Below, piece by piece: positions 38,489 through 51,591 of a DNA stretch of 64,000 nt; position 1 is the first letter of the stretch, and every line of letters begins with the position of its first letter. The position numbers and the translations under genes were made by a program. Under the pieces are notes generated by a model. It was not told the origin of the DNA. It made no database searches and was given only the letters and a program-made list of their open reading frames with translations. The stretch covers positions 13,950,001 to 14,014,000 of the forward strand of contig NC_043017.1 of NCBI RefSeq assembly GCF_006345805.1, read 5' to 3'. This DNA is from Octopus sinensis (lineage: Eukaryota).

Positions 38489-39600
38489 TCTGTATATATA
38501 AAAGGCAGGATGTGTGTGTGTGTGTACGTGAATGTAATTTATGCACGTCCACAAATTAGCACGTATGTTCCAATTTTAGGAGGATATTCGTCATGATCCT
38601 AGCTGTATTTTCGTCAACTTATTTTTCCCAGAGGCACCAGCGAATAGCAGTAAAAATAAATTTTCAACCAAAACTTTTAACAATTTTCAAGTCGGAGAAA
38701 TCACCATTGTTTACAAACAGGAGTTAAGTCCCCTTCTAGCGACGAGTAAGTTTTTGTTAAGACTTTTGTTGTTTTTTTTCCATCGAGGAAAAATGTGTTT
38801 TGTTGATCTATGGGCAACACACACACGCGAACATGTATACAATAGGTGTACATATGTATGTGTGTGTTACCCATATATATATATATATACTTAAGACTTA
38901 GTTGTGATCTGAACATAACCGCTTCTGACACAAAGTATCGGTAGCCCTTTTGGGCATTCTATTTTCCTTGCTGGAAGGGTTCCCAACCCATGGGCAAAGG
39001 GGGTTAGATGATTGGTGGGGTGTTTTCAAAAGGCTGGCATGTGCAACCTGATTACCTCTGCCGATCAAACTCCCAACTCATGCGCTCCTGTCGCGACACT
39101 GATTCTGCAGAACTGGGTTGGGTGTGAAAACCAACTTTAAAGTATAAATATCGATGTTTTTGAATCAGCAATGTTTGGTTAAGTCCTATTTGGGGTGAAA
39201 AATCAATAAACTGATTCCTTACGGGGCTTTCCATTTAATCAGGATTAAAAAAATCGATAAACCGATTCCTTATAGGATTTCCCTATAAAATTGGCTATAC
39301 TCCATTTTCAACCATAACTTTTACCAATTTTGATGTATTTTGTTCAAACTTGATGCCAGCATTACTTGGGATTTTAGAATGCTTTAAGTTTTCCAAAAAC
39401 AAAAAAAAAATCGATAAACTGATCCCTTATGGGATTAACCAATCAAGTTGTCTGCAACTCATTTTCAGCCAAAAGTTTATCAATTTCAACGGGTTTGCCC
39501 AAATTTGACGTCGATGTTACTTAGTTTGGTTTGGAATAAAGAACTTGATTAGCTTAATAATCCTAACTTAATCCTGGGCAAAGCTGGGCTATACTGCTAG
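38489..39600 (+). mobile_element. Non-autonomous Helitron (1112 bp)
   Basis: A|TCTGTATATATAAAAGGCAG; 3' CCTGGGCAAAGCTGGG..CTAG|T; shares an internal segment with 26162-27388. Confidence 0.85.
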
Positions 39601-39606
39601 TAAATT

Positions 39607-39662
<56 letters not shown>

Positions 39663-40211
39663 TGTGTCTGTTGAAAAAAGATTAGAGATCTGTACAAAGC
39701 AAATTTTTATATATAAAAAAGATGGAGGTGGAAATAGCAATGAACTAGGTCTAAGACATTTCAGTTTAAGAGGGAATTTAATAAAAGATTATATAAATAA
39801 AAATATTAATATTACCGGTTTTGATGTATTTCATATTAGTAAAAATTTATAAAAATTTGAGGTAGAAACAGTCTGTCTTTTGTCTGGTGGTCAAGATGTC
39901 TGGAGATTTGAAGTTTTCGTTAAATATAGTTTGGTGTAGAATTCAAAGAGTTGGAGAGTGTGAGAAGGGGTGTCTATTGTCTAAAAGAAATCTTTGTCTG
40001 TTCCAGTTAAAGGAGTGGCTAAAAGGTATTTATTGAAGGGGCTTTATATCCACCTGTGTGTGTGTGTATTGTGTTGAATGTCTTTTCAATATGTTTTGAA
40101 AAATGACCCGCTGTGAGTTGATGGGTGTGTATGCAGTGAAGAATTTCTCTTGTTGAAAAATGAATTAGGATTTTTCTTTGGGTTAGATGTATTCTTTTGA
40201 GTGTCTCCACC

Positions 40212-41047
40212 TGTGTGTATGTGTGTTTTTGTAATGTTTTATTTTTTGTGTATATGTGTGTATGTGTGTTTTTGTAATGTTTTATTTTTTGTGTATATGT
40301 GTGTATGTGTGTTTTTGTAATGTTTTATTTTTTGTGTATATGTGTGTATGTGTGTTTTTGTAATGTTTTACTTTTTGTGTATATGTGTGTATGTGTGTTT
40401 TTGTAATGTTTTATTTTTTGTGTATATGTGTGTATGTGTGTTTTTGTAATGTTTTATTTTTTGTGTATATGTGTGTGTGTGTGTATGTGTGTTTTTGTAA
40501 TGTTTTATTTTTTGTGTATATGTGTGTATGTGTGTTTTTGTAATGTTTTATTTTTTTGTGTATATGTGTGTGTGTGTGTATGTGTGTTTTTGTAATGTTT
40601 TATTTTTTGTGTATATGTGTGTATGTGTGTTTTTGTAATGTTTTATTTTTTGTGTATATGTGTGTATGTGTGTTTTTGTAATGTTTTATTTTTTGTGTAT
40701 ATGTGTGTATGTGTGTTTTTGTAATGTTTTATTTTTTGTGTATATGTGTGTATGTGTGTTTTGTAATGTTTTATTTTTTGTGTATATTGTGTATGTGTGT
40801 TTTTGTAATGTTTTATTTTTTTGTGTATATGTGTGTATGTGTGTTTTTGTAATGTTTTATTTTTTGTGTATATGTGTGTATGTGTGTTTTTGTAATGTTT
40901 TATTTTTTGTGTATATGTGTGTATGTGTGTTTTTGTAATGTTTTATTTTTTGTGTATATGTGTGTATGTGTGTTTTTGTAATGTTTTATTTTTTGTGTAT
41001 ATGTGTGTATGTGTGTTTTTGTAATGTTTTATTTTTTGTGTATATGT
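40212..41047. repeat. 43-bp minisatellite, ~19 copies
   Basis: Unit TATGTGTGTTTTTGTAATGTTTTATTTTTTGTGTATATGTGTG; period 43 measured at 40261 and 40304. Confidence 0.95.
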
Positions 41048-41189
41048 ATGTATGAATGTGTTTGTGTATCTTTTTTGTGGTGTTTTCATTTTTGTGTATG
41101 TTTGTGTGTGTGTATATTGAAAGAAGAATTGGGAGATGATGGGAAGTATTTTTTTAAAAAGATATGTATGAAATTGTTTTAAAATTGTT

Positions 41190-42900
41190 TTTAAGTGTCT
41201 GTCCTTATATATTGGTTGTTGTTGGGTCTATATTTAATTGTGGTTTATACTTGTTGATAAATTGTCTTTCTTTATTCAGTCTTTGTTGTTGATTAAAGGT
41301 ATCTGAGCACTTGTAGAGGGGAAGCATTTTGAAATTAGGTAAGACCATTCCTGCACAGGTTGCAATGTGGCTGTTTTAAGAAATTTTTTTTGTGCTTTTG
41401 TCTTGGATCTATTGGTGATGGGTCGTTATTCTGTTGCATAACAATCCACCCGTCTGACCTATGAAATTGTTTTTCAGTGTTGCAGGTGAGATTGAACTTG
41501 ACTTTCAAGGTTTAGCCATCTTTAAATTTAAATTCTGGTTCCTCAATTAGGTAAAGACAAGTGCTGCTGTTTGTTCTCCTGCATTTTGTGACCATTGGCT
41601 TGGGGGTTTCTTTGTGTGTTTTTGTTCCAGTGAGTATGAATTTTAGTGTTTTGGGCTGCCTTTTGCTTTTGAAGATTGGTTGTTTCTCTAAGATTTTTCT
41701 CATTTTTTCATTTGCAAATAACATGGGGAAGGTTTTTGTGGATGTGATCAAATATTTTGGCTTTCCTGGGATTGAAGATTCGCACGAATGGTAAGACATT
41801 TTACTTTCTTTTATTTTTTGCTTTCCTGTGTTCATTGATATCCATTTGTTTCGCCTTGTTTATTCCGTTGGTGATTATGCTAGGGGAGAAGGGTCTTTGG
41901 ATAAGTGTGTCCTTCAGTTCCTCTAGTCTTCGTTTATATTTGGATAGTTCTGATACTATGGTACAAATTCGTTTTGTCAGGTTGAAAGGAATGTTGAGTT
42001 TGGTGTTTCAGGTGTCATGATGTGAAAAGAAGGTACTGTTTTGAGTTGGTGGGTTTGTAGAATATGTCTGTTTTCCTATCTTGGTTTTTTAATTAGGATA
42101 TCTAGAAAAGCAAGTTCTTTGGGATTAAACTCCATTGGGAATTGGATGTTAATGTTGAGGTTGTTTATCATGTTTTTGAATTCAGTTCACTTGTCAGTGT
42201 TTTCCTGCCATAAAACAAAGCAATCATTCCAGATATGTATGGAATGTGTCACCAAATATCAGAAGAGACTGGTTGTATATTTTTTGCTTGTGAAATCCCA
42301 TAACTATTGTACCCAATGCCGTTCCTGGTGTTTGGTGGTAATCTGAACCATTGAAGGTGAAAAAGTTGTTTTGAAGTATGAATCTGAGTTCTTCAATGAT
42401 AAAATCTTTTTGTATGCGTGTTAGCAGTTCAGATTTGTGAGTGTCTAAGCAGATTTTAGTTATTCCATAATCATGGGGAATCTTGGTGTAGAGGTTAACA
42501 ACATCAAACAAAGTAAAAATTGTATGTTTATTTACCGTTTTTGGCAGATGATTTAGCATGTCTAGGTCGTCTCGTATGTAGCTCTGTATGTGTTTTAAGA
42601 AGCGTTTTAAGAGGATTCCAAGGTGCTGAGCCTGTGTGTTTCCCATGCCGGGTCTGCTATGATTGGTCTTAATCTTAGATCATCTGGAAGTGTTAGCTGT
42701 ATGTATTTGTTGAGGATTTACAGGCATCATTTATCCTTTTGCATTTATGGATTTTAGGTATTTCTCCTGGCGTGCTAATGATTCTGCCAGCTCACCGTCC
42801 TATGTTTGTGTATAAATCTGCTTAGTGGTACAGAGTGTTTAGAAACTGTGAATAAGGTGCAAGTTTTGAGTACTTGTCGGTAATTTTTTTCTTCCTATCT
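41190..42900 (-). mobile_element. Penelope-like retroelement: RT plus GIY-YIG, pseudogenised
   Basis: LFDVVNLYTKIPH, LQNNFFTFNG..YHQTPGTALGT, MVTKCRR..STCLYL, FNLTCNTEN, HIATC, ERQFINKYKPQLN. Confidence 0.9.
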
Positions 42901-43016
42901 TCTAATAGTAATTACCCAACTTTCTAGGCTCTTCTTACAACTATCCCATGTTCAATAATTATACGGGTATTTTAAAAAAATTTCATTCAATGAATAATAA
43001 ATTACGGATACATTAA

Positions 43017-44077
43017 TCTCTTATTATAAAAGGCAGATTTTATCTGCCTCCCTTTGTCTCTTATAGAAATCTACAATATAGGATTTCTTCAATTACAATT
43101 TACCTAGCATTTTTAAGAGTAGAATAAATCGGGTCGTGCCAGGTCCAGTTTTTTAAATTTCAACCCCAATTAAGCAAAATTTAGAGAAAACTCACATTGT
43201 GGTGTGTAAGTCAAGTGCTTTTCTTAGTGTGGGCTACAGCACACGCACACACACACACACAAAAACGGAGCGATCTGCTTCACTCACGCTATCACCCTAA
43301 TTTCTACTCCTTTCTCTTTGCAAGTGTGCAACGATTAAAGTGAAACTATTTCTATAAAACGAGAGAAGTGTACCTTAAACCACTACTCAAAAAAAAAAAA
43401 CAGCAAACAGAAACAAATAAATACATAACGATTTACTCCTCACACAATTTCTTCAATTAGAGTTTACCTATGATTTTTTAAAGTACTTCCATTCGGTCAT
43501 GCCATACAAAATTTCTTTCAATTTCACCCCCAATTAAGACAAAATTCGAGAAAACTCAATATTTTAACATTTCACTCCGAAAGCATTGGTGTACATGTGT
43601 GCGTGCGTGAGTGTGTGTGTGTGTGGTGTGTGTGTTTGATGGGATGTGCGACACAGAAAGTGTGGTGTGTAAGTGAAGTGCTTTTGTTAGTGTGTGTAAA
43701 GAGACAGAGAGAGTACACATACCTACGTACACCTAAAGCACGCACACACACACACACACAAGTGGAGCGCGAACTTCAAAAGAAATTCGCGTGCTATCTA
43801 TCTGGTTTGCCATTCCTCACACACATATGTATGTGTATACATACATATATGACAGTGACAAACACAAACGTTTCAAACAACTACATACAAACACGTGTGT
43901 GTTTGTTATTAGTAAAAAAGGCGTCAAACACAACTCACTTCTCATTCGAACACATTTGCAAAAACACACCGACGGTCGGATTGCCATAACAATACAGAAA
44001 AGGTAAATTGGTTTTTAATTTACTTTCTGTCGTTAAATTTTGGTAGTATTAATTGGCGAGCCGAGCTTCTTTCAGTA
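43017..44077 (+). mobile_element. Probable non-autonomous Helitron-like element (3' end uncertain)
   Basis: A|TCTCTTATTATAAAAGGCAG 5' end like the other Helitrons; internal duplicated segments; no clear CTAG end. Confidence 0.45.
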
Positions 44078-44359
44078 TATATTTATATATTTATACATAC
44101 ATAAATATATACACATATTCTGTATATATTTTATTATACGATATTATATATATATATATGTATATATAATTGCAGTATGAAACAGTGTTTATGTATAAAC
44201 AGACGACACTTATATATAGTTATTAATAAATGTATGCATCCGTTTAAAAGAAAAACCAAAAAATATTTTATTCTTTATATAAATGTTGTGTTCAAAATAA
44301 CATTTTCTTTTAAGAATGTGTATATAACAAAGTATGCGTATATAACTACGTGGCTTATA

Positions 44360-44758
44360 TCTTTATATATAAAAGTGAAGTTGTGTGTCTGTCTCCTACG
44401 ATTTAGATTCGTAACTACTCTCACATTTTGCGGTGCAGTTTAACCAAAAGCGGGTATCTTATAGTCGTGATTCATATCGAGCCCTTCTGGGTATTAGCGC
44501 GCGTCTACGATGAGTCTACGATTTAAAAAAAATTTACCATCATATTTTTCCATTTTAATGCATTTTTTTCGCTATTATATAAGGGAAGTAACTCTCTAAA
44601 AATATCTACGATGTGTCAACGATTTAAAAAAAAAATTTACCTTAATTTTTTTTCCATTTTTAATGCATTTTTTTGCTATTTTTTGGCTATAACTCTCTAA
44701 AAATGCTTATATAGTTATTTCCCTTACAAACCCGAGCAACGCCGGGCGATACTGCTAG
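44360..44758 (+). mobile_element. Non-autonomous Helitron (399 bp)
   Basis: A|TCTTTATATATAAAAG..CCCGAGCAACGCCGGG..CTAG|T. Confidence 0.9.
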
Positions 44759-45319
44759 TAAAATAATAAATAATAAATTATGTATACATTAATAGAATAA
44801 ACTGTCAGTTTTCTAAACAGTGAATGAAAGCTTAAAAGAATAAGGGCTAGACATTGCAAATGAGAATGGAATACTCTGCAGTGAATGCAATGAATATTTA
44901 AATTTGTGAATTGGACCCAGTGAATGCAATGAATATTTTAATTTTCGAGAAAGTGGAGTTAAAAACAATTCAAGAAACTTGAGAAATCGAAATTATAGGA
45001 AATTTCTTAGAACGTGAATTTATAAAAATATTTTCAGACGGTCAACCCTTAAATAATTGCTTTCTTTTAGTACTTTTAGTAATTGTTACATACCTAATTA
45101 GTAAGCAGCTTTCTCCATTATAGTATAAATTATATATGTATACATGTATGTCTCCATGCATACACACATAAATATACGCGTTCATGACAAATTTCTGGAA
45201 GAAAACACATGTAGAAAGTAAGATCAACTCCAAGGCCATAAAGCCGTAAAGTGAACTTACTAACAGCACAGTCTTTACCGGAATATATACCTCATCTATT
45301 ATTTACCTTTCCATTGTAG

Positions 45320-45374
45320 ATGAGGGCTGTTCTGATGATAATGCTTATATTGCTTATCGCACCAACTGATGCAG
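45320..45374 (+). CDS. Candidate first coding exon encoding a signal peptide, MRAVLMIMLILLIAPTDA(G)
   Basis: Acceptor tttccattgtag immediately before ATG; basic n-region, 10-residue hydrophobic h-region and T-D-A cleavage site; donor GCAG|GTTTGT (phase 1). Confidence 0.55.
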
Positions 45375-45520
45375 GTTTGTATTAATTTCTATCGTATCAA
45401 TATTATTGTGGAACATTTAGCACGAGATTATGTAAGAAGGCTTGTTATTGCTGTATGATTTACTTCTTGAGTGTCGGGACATGTACGTTCCTAAAGTCTT
45501 CATTGTATGTGTGCTTACAG

Positions 45521-45534
45521 GCATTTCCACTAGA
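45521..45534 (+). CDS. Candidate 14-nt microexon, (G)ISTR, phase 1 to 0
   Basis: Acceptor gtgtgcttacag, donor AGA|GTAAGT; 146-nt intron from the signal exon. Confidence 0.45.
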
Positions 45535-46209
45535 GTAAGTTTTTCAAGCCACTTCTACCTATAATTATAGCAGCCAAATCTCGCTCAAATTATTCTCGAC
45601 ACTCATCAGAAAGATGGTCAACTCTTGAATGCCTTTGGTCATATATCTACTTCATCATGTTTAACCAAGAACTAAACAATAACAGTGATTCTTCTCTTTG
45701 GAATCAATTTCATAACAGTCCAAGCATCGTTTGTTTGGTTAAGAAGTTCGCTACTTAATCATTTTGATGCCTGGTTCAATCACACTCTCTGCCATACTGA
45801 GTAAATCTTTTTAACCATCCAAGTTTTCTGATAGAAATGAGATAGACTAAAACTATTCTGCAGGCTGTCCAGGTTTCTTCTGGGTGATAGACATAACCAG
45901 ATTAACAGACCCACTCTCCTTCTAATAACTTTAACAGATTTCAGTCTGTAGTACACCTTCTGACCAGTTCTCCAATCTAAGAACATTGACAGTTTGTTCC
46001 TTTTCCACCCACCAATCTGTTATATCATTGATGCTGATCTCTCTCATCTGAGTAGATCATTAATTAAAAGAGAAATGGTTAAATGATTTTCCGTTTATAC
46101 AAAATACATTCTAAAGTACCAAACTGAAATAGGAAAGAGAAACAGAACCGCTGAATAAGAACGAACCACAAACCTAGATATCCACTGGTAAGAATATTTT
46201 CTCCCGCAA

Positions 46210-46450
46210 GTTGAGATGCTGATGGGATGGTTAATTACCCAGGCACGAAGGCATCTCGTCCAACATGCAAGACACCCACATAGGTCAGTGAGGCGTATGA
46301 CCTACATAGATGGGGCACCAACAATAAACAAGACTTCATGTACAAGAGTATCACAGTGTTAACTGAATGCAAAATGTATATGAGAATACTTGATACTAGT
46401 TGAAGAACCAATAGTTGGAAGACCAGTAAAGATAAATATATGAATATCCA
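46210..46450 (+). mobile_element. Possible piggyBac transposase remnant
   Basis: CKTPT*VSEAYDLHRWGTNNKQDFM..KMYMRIL resembles the P..V..YN..MGGVD..D..KWY.R region. Confidence 0.35.
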
Positions 46451-46489
46451 GTTTCCTTCCTGAAAACGACTGAAAAACTTTTATGTCAT

Positions 46490-46950
46490 GTATCCTCTGG
46501 ATTGCACTCTGATTAGATTCTTCTACACTTCTTTTCCCTCCGTCATCTCAGCAATGAAATTGTTTTTCAAGGTTTGTATTCAACAAGGTCCACTTCCCTT
46601 CTTTTACAATATACTAGTTTCCATATTAATAGTTGACTTACAACTTTTTTTTTGCTTTGCATCCAACCTAAATCAAGTTGTGTTTGGTGCATTCCGCAGT
46701 ATTCACCAAATAGGAATCCATATAAATCCCACCTTTTCTATAATTTTTCATAATCTTGAGTGTGAGTTGTTTGGTGGTTTCTGTAAATTTTGGTATATTT
46801 CCAAATGATACACCATTTGGTGAATGTAGCCAAAAAACGTTCTTCATTCTCTTTAACATGTTCATTGCTGACTTTGCCAATTCAAGTTTTACTTCCTTAT
46901 CTCTCTTTGTGGTTTCTAACCATGATCTCAGAGAAAGAATAAACTAAAGC
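46490..46950 (-). mobile_element. Penelope GIY-YIG remnant
   Basis: KGGIYMDSYLVNTAECTKHNLI*VGC, homologous to 50510-50840. Confidence 0.65.
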
Positions 46951-47446
46951 CGAACAATCCTAACAGCTGAAAAATACAAAACAAAAATGGGAGCACTTTT
47001 CTATCATACTTGAACATCTTAGGTCAATATATCATTGAAATGTTATAAAACAAAGTTTACCTATATTTGATACAGATGAACTTAGAAAAAAAAAATCAAA
47101 AGTATCAAATTCTTTTCCTATGGCAGGGCACCGAATTGTAGAAAACCAGAACAGTTTTTGATCCTTTATCTGAAGAGTGAAATAAACACTTACACCAAGA
47201 TAATACTGCTTTATGGTATGAAAAAATGTTTGGTACCAATCCCCAAGAAATCTAGAGTGTTATAAACAATACAGAGGCATTGATTTATTGGTTGCTGCAG
47301 CAAAACTTGGCAACATTATGTTGACTTTAAGAATCAAACCAAGTGGTTTTCGCCTAGGAAAAATTTATTATACATAGTTCTATTACTATTAATAACCCAC
47401 TTTGGACATTTATGCTTTTGTAATTCCTCTTTTTACTTTATTTTAG

Positions 47447-47482
47447 AACATAATTCATTTTGCAAAGGCTGCATGGTAGTGG
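47447..47482 (+). CDS. Candidate 36-nt symmetric phase-1 exon, (E)HNSFCKGCMVV
   Basis: Strong acceptor ttcctctttttactttattttag, donor GTGG|GTAAAT; open only in phase 1. Confidence 0.35.
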
Positions 47483-47934
47483 GTAAATGTATTTGCGGAA
47501 GGGCGTTTTGGGTTACCGTAACGAGACGTGGATGCAGGAAGCACGAATGTCGATGGAGCAGTGTCCTGTGGAGAGTGTCTAGCGTTAATATAAGTAAGAA
47601 CACAAGAGAATATTGTTATTATTAATATTGATATCTCACGGGTGGGAGATTGAAATTTATTTAATTGCTCAAATATTCACTTGGTACTTTCTTTATCGAG
47701 TACATGGAGAGTACCGGAGTAATCAAATCGACTTCACTCTCCTTCAAAATGTGCAAAGATCTATGTAAGATACAATTTTGTATTTATTATTTTGTTGTTA
47801 TTTTTGTTTAACTTTTCATCTGCTCTGATCGAGTGGTGCTGTACTAAAAGGGATTTTAGCCATAAACATTTCATTTTTATTCAGTCCCAGTGTACTTAGG
47901 ATAACATTATTTAATGCACCCCATTTGATGATAC

Positions 47935-48135
47935 TGTTTAGGTCTAGGTCAGTCCATATCCAGCAGACCTCTGATCACTCTGGTGTTCCTACTGTGTCCA
48001 TCCTGTCACTTTGCCATTGAGTAATAGCACAAACCAAGGGATCCTTCCTTTTCTAAAATATGTCTGATTTGAGGGAGATTTGGCTGCTATTTCTAACAGC
48101 TCGATTGACTTTATAATTACTCCCACGTTGGTCCC
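47935..48135 (+). mobile_element. Degenerate SINE-type repeat (third family)
   Basis: gagggagatttggctgctatttctaacag motif, related to ~21390-21440. Confidence 0.5.
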
Positions 48136-48219
48136 ACTATTTCCTTATGGTGTTTGGTCTATAAACTAAATATCATTCAAGAACTGGGGTTAATATAACA
48201 AACTGATTCCTCCCAACAG

Positions 48220-48240
48220 AAATGGTAGCTTTGTGCCGAG
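48220..48240 (+). CDS. Candidate 21-nt symmetric phase-1 microexon, (E)MVALCR
   Basis: Acceptor ctgattcctcccaacag, donor GAG|GTGAGA. Confidence 0.4.
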
Positions 48241-48325
48241 GTGAGAGATCCTTATTTGTATCCATTCGGCTGCAGTAAAGATATGATCTGACTATTTGAA
48301 GCCTTAAATATGTGCTAGAAAAATG

Positions 48326-48476
48326 GTTGTGAGTGTGCATAGTGTGCAAGTGTGCAAGTGTGCAAGTGTGCATAGTGTGCATAGTGTGCAAGTGTGCATA
48401 GTGTGCAAGTGTGCATAGTGTGCAAGTGTGCAAGTGTGCAAGTGTGCATAGTGTGCAAGTGTGCAAGTGTGCAAGT
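48326..48476. repeat. 8/9-bp tandem repeat (GTGTGCAA / GTGTGCATA)
   Basis: Seen directly. Confidence 0.9.
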
Positions 48477-49720
48477 ATATTGGCATTGTTCGTGGGTATA
48501 GGAAGATGTTGTTTTTGAGCCATTGTTGGATGGGTAGCAGGAGAGAGTGTAACTGAGGATGTGAGGGTATGTGTGAGTGTGTCGAAGTAGAGGTATTGGT
48601 GAAACACATAATTTGGCATAAGTAAAACGGAAGATGCGTGTGCACAGACAAAAAATAATACCACCCTATTTTTGCCATCCTGTGTTTCTTCCATTCTTTT
48701 ATTCCTACTTGTTTGCACTCACTATCTTTGTGTACACACTTTCACACTAACCACCCAACCACCCAACGATTACACATGTCTGCACATCAACATCCCATCT
48801 ATCACTCACTATCACTACCATACTGTCATCTCTCACTCTCTCTCACATACATACACACAGACACACACACATATATATATATATATATAAACACACCAAA
48901 ATAACAACCACATGCACACACTACCGCTCTTATATCCATGTCCATAGGTACATGCACCGATTACATCCGCTCCTTTTCTCTTCTTAACTCTAACATAAAA
49001 CAGCATTTCTCTAATCCTTCCTGTTCATTCTGTGCTTTTTTTTCATCTTTCTGTTATATAGACTCACTATTTCTCTTTCTCACTTTCAATATGCTTCTCT
49101 TCTTTTTCTGATGAAGGATGAATGTCCAAAACGTTAGTACACACTTTTTTTCCCATTAAAGCGTTAAACTGATGCCATATTTGCAAAAGTTTGTTCTTTT
49201 TGGGTTGTTCTTTTTAATAGTTATTATCTTTACATCATATTTTTAACGCTAGCGTAGACTTGCCCTGGATTCGAACTCAGTGATCAGTGTTACAGTTTTC
49301 TGTAACACTGATCTCTGCTTTGGCACTCTATATTAGATCACCACCCAAATTACATGATATATATATATCAGAATTGTATGACTGCTAAATATATTGTATT
49401 GCTGTCACATATAGTTTTAATGTGAATGAATCGTATTTTAACGGTCTGGTCCAAAGCTTCCGGTTGTTTTAAGGCGAACTCTATTGAATCTCAAATCTAA
49501 GCTGAAATGTTCTGTCAGCATGTTAAATTATCACCGAATCTGAAGTTGGGCAATAATTTATTGCAAGCAATACAAGATATGATTGGCTGAAATGAATTTC
49601 AGAAGGTGCATGAACTAGTACTTGAGCTGAGTAAACGACTGCTTCCTACCCAACAATAAATTTGGGACACTATGCTCATACCAGAAATCATTATTTTATT
49701 AACTTTCTGTTCTTTTCCAG

Positions 49721-49760
49721 ACTGTAAGTACATTTATGCTGCACTTCAAGACCCCAAAAG
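49721..49760 (+). CDS. Candidate 40-nt exon, (D)CKYIYAALQDPK(R/S), phase 1 to 2
   Basis: Very strong acceptor ttattaactttctgttcttttccag, donor AAG|GTATGT. Confidence 0.5.
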
Positions 49761-50509
49761 GTATGTTGCTGAAGGCTTAGTTGCATGTAAACACTGATAG
49801 ATTGAAGTACAGACTCAACGTTATTATAAATTTACCATAAATGGAAGCAAAATCAGAGTTAAATAAAACTGTAAAAGTGACATTTGTAAAGAATTCTTTC
49901 AATTTTGTTTAAATATTATTGTACTAGATTCAGTCATTGAAACCTAGTCAAACTGAAGCACGGGCTTCAGGATTATAATTTTCCTAGAAATTTTTCTGGC
50001 ATATAAAGAAAGCAACAAATATGAGTTTAAATATTGGTGCACACAATGTGTGTGCATGGAAACCTATGCATGTGACTGTGACAGGCTTCTGCACAGTTTC
50101 CATGTACCTAATATTACTTACAAAATTTTGATTGACCCAAAGTTATGCTGTAAGTAGCCACTAAGAGGAATCAAAACTGAAACCATTTACTTACAAAACA
50201 AAATTCTTAACTAATGAAGAATTTTTAATTCTGATAAATTTTTTTACAAAATAAGATGCTGTTTAATTAACTTGAAAATGAGATATTCATGAAATTAGCA
50301 TTAGATAGTTACAAATTCAATGAATATTGAATTTATATTTTCATGTGATGCTTGGTTCACTGATAGCGGAACAAAATTTCACTGGTATTTCAAAAGTGTT
50401 GCATGAAAGTTACAATGGTGCTTCAGAATGATATCCTTGTGTCAAACAAATATTTCCTCAACTGCCTATTATAACCTACAATTATACAATAGAAATGCGA
50501 AAACTATTA

Positions 50510-50840
50510 ACTAGTACCTCAAATCCCAATGAAAATGCCATCGGAATTTCTGAACACTGTGGCCTAAAAAACAGCCACAAGAGCTGTAAGCCTTGTTCTT
50601 TGTGCAAACAGCATCAATCAAATCAACTCCATCACATGTTATAACAGAAATGTTATGATTTATACTGAAGGTGGGCTTTATAGGGATTCCCATTTGATGA
50701 GCATTGTGGAATGCACCAAACACTACTTAATTTATGTTGGCTGCACAACAAAATCAAAAATCAGATAAAGATTCAATAGACACAGGCATGACATCAAGCA
50801 CAATAACAATAGTTCGAAACAGTGTAAATATGGGGAGATA
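50510..50840 (+). mobile_element. Penelope GIY-YIG remnant
   Basis: GGLYRDSHLMSIVECTKHYLIYVGCTT..RFNRHRHDIKHN. Confidence 0.7.
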
Positions 50841-51591
50841 TTCTCAGAAACTATCCTGACTTCACTTTCACTATTATATAGAAAATTATTTTTCATAATG
50901 AATTTTTTAGTTTTTGGTGAGTTTGTATTACGCACTTTTTTCAATATAAAAGATTTTTTTATACAGTTTTTACTTTTTACAATTATTATTACATTTCCCA
51001 TTATTCTAAAAAATTATTAATTTTAGAGGAAATAAATATGTAGGCAGGTTTCATTTAATTCAAATATTTTTCAACAAAAGAATATTTATTAGTTTTATTG
51101 CATTTCCTGCAAAAAAGTGGATTACAATGAAAAATGCGAGTGCATGCATGTTAATAGTCTTAAGTTATTACACATGAAAAAGTACAGAACAAGATTTCTG
51201 CAGTAGAATCTGCCTAATTTGTCACCTAAAAGAAACTAAATAGTTAAAATTTAGTAGTTAGCATTAATAAAGTAGAATTAAGCTAATTCGTCACTTTTAA
51301 TTTTCTCCTTGAGATGACTAATTAGGTGAATACTATTGTATTTTTAAAAAAATTGATTTTACTTTAGTTCATTTTAAAAATATTGCTTGTTTTTGATAAA
51401 TAAGCCTATGGGCTTAAATACAGGCTTAAATAAATTTGCTTAAATAAGTCTATTCCTGGAAAAAAAAAATTACTGGGGTTATAAATGAAGAGTTTCTGAA
51501 TATAAGCCCATGGGCTTATTTTTGGAAAAAAACAGTAATGTGTTTATCAGTTTTGTTTTAATAAAATATAGCAAATTTTTTAAATGTTATT

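Noticed and set aside
40212-41047. CRISPR-like regular array
   Set aside because: Head-to-tail tandem units with no unique spacers, eukaryotic context and no cas genes
46211-46283. Phase 1-to-2 exon candidate, with 47127-47215 as its partner, for the secreted-peptide gene
   Set aside because: Overlaps a probable piggyBac remnant and gives an implausible peptide; left out of the model
49721-49760. Resemblance of CKYIY..DPK to the sulfotransferase motif CK.IYVARNPKD
   Set aside because: Spacing and key residues differ and no other SULT exons are visible
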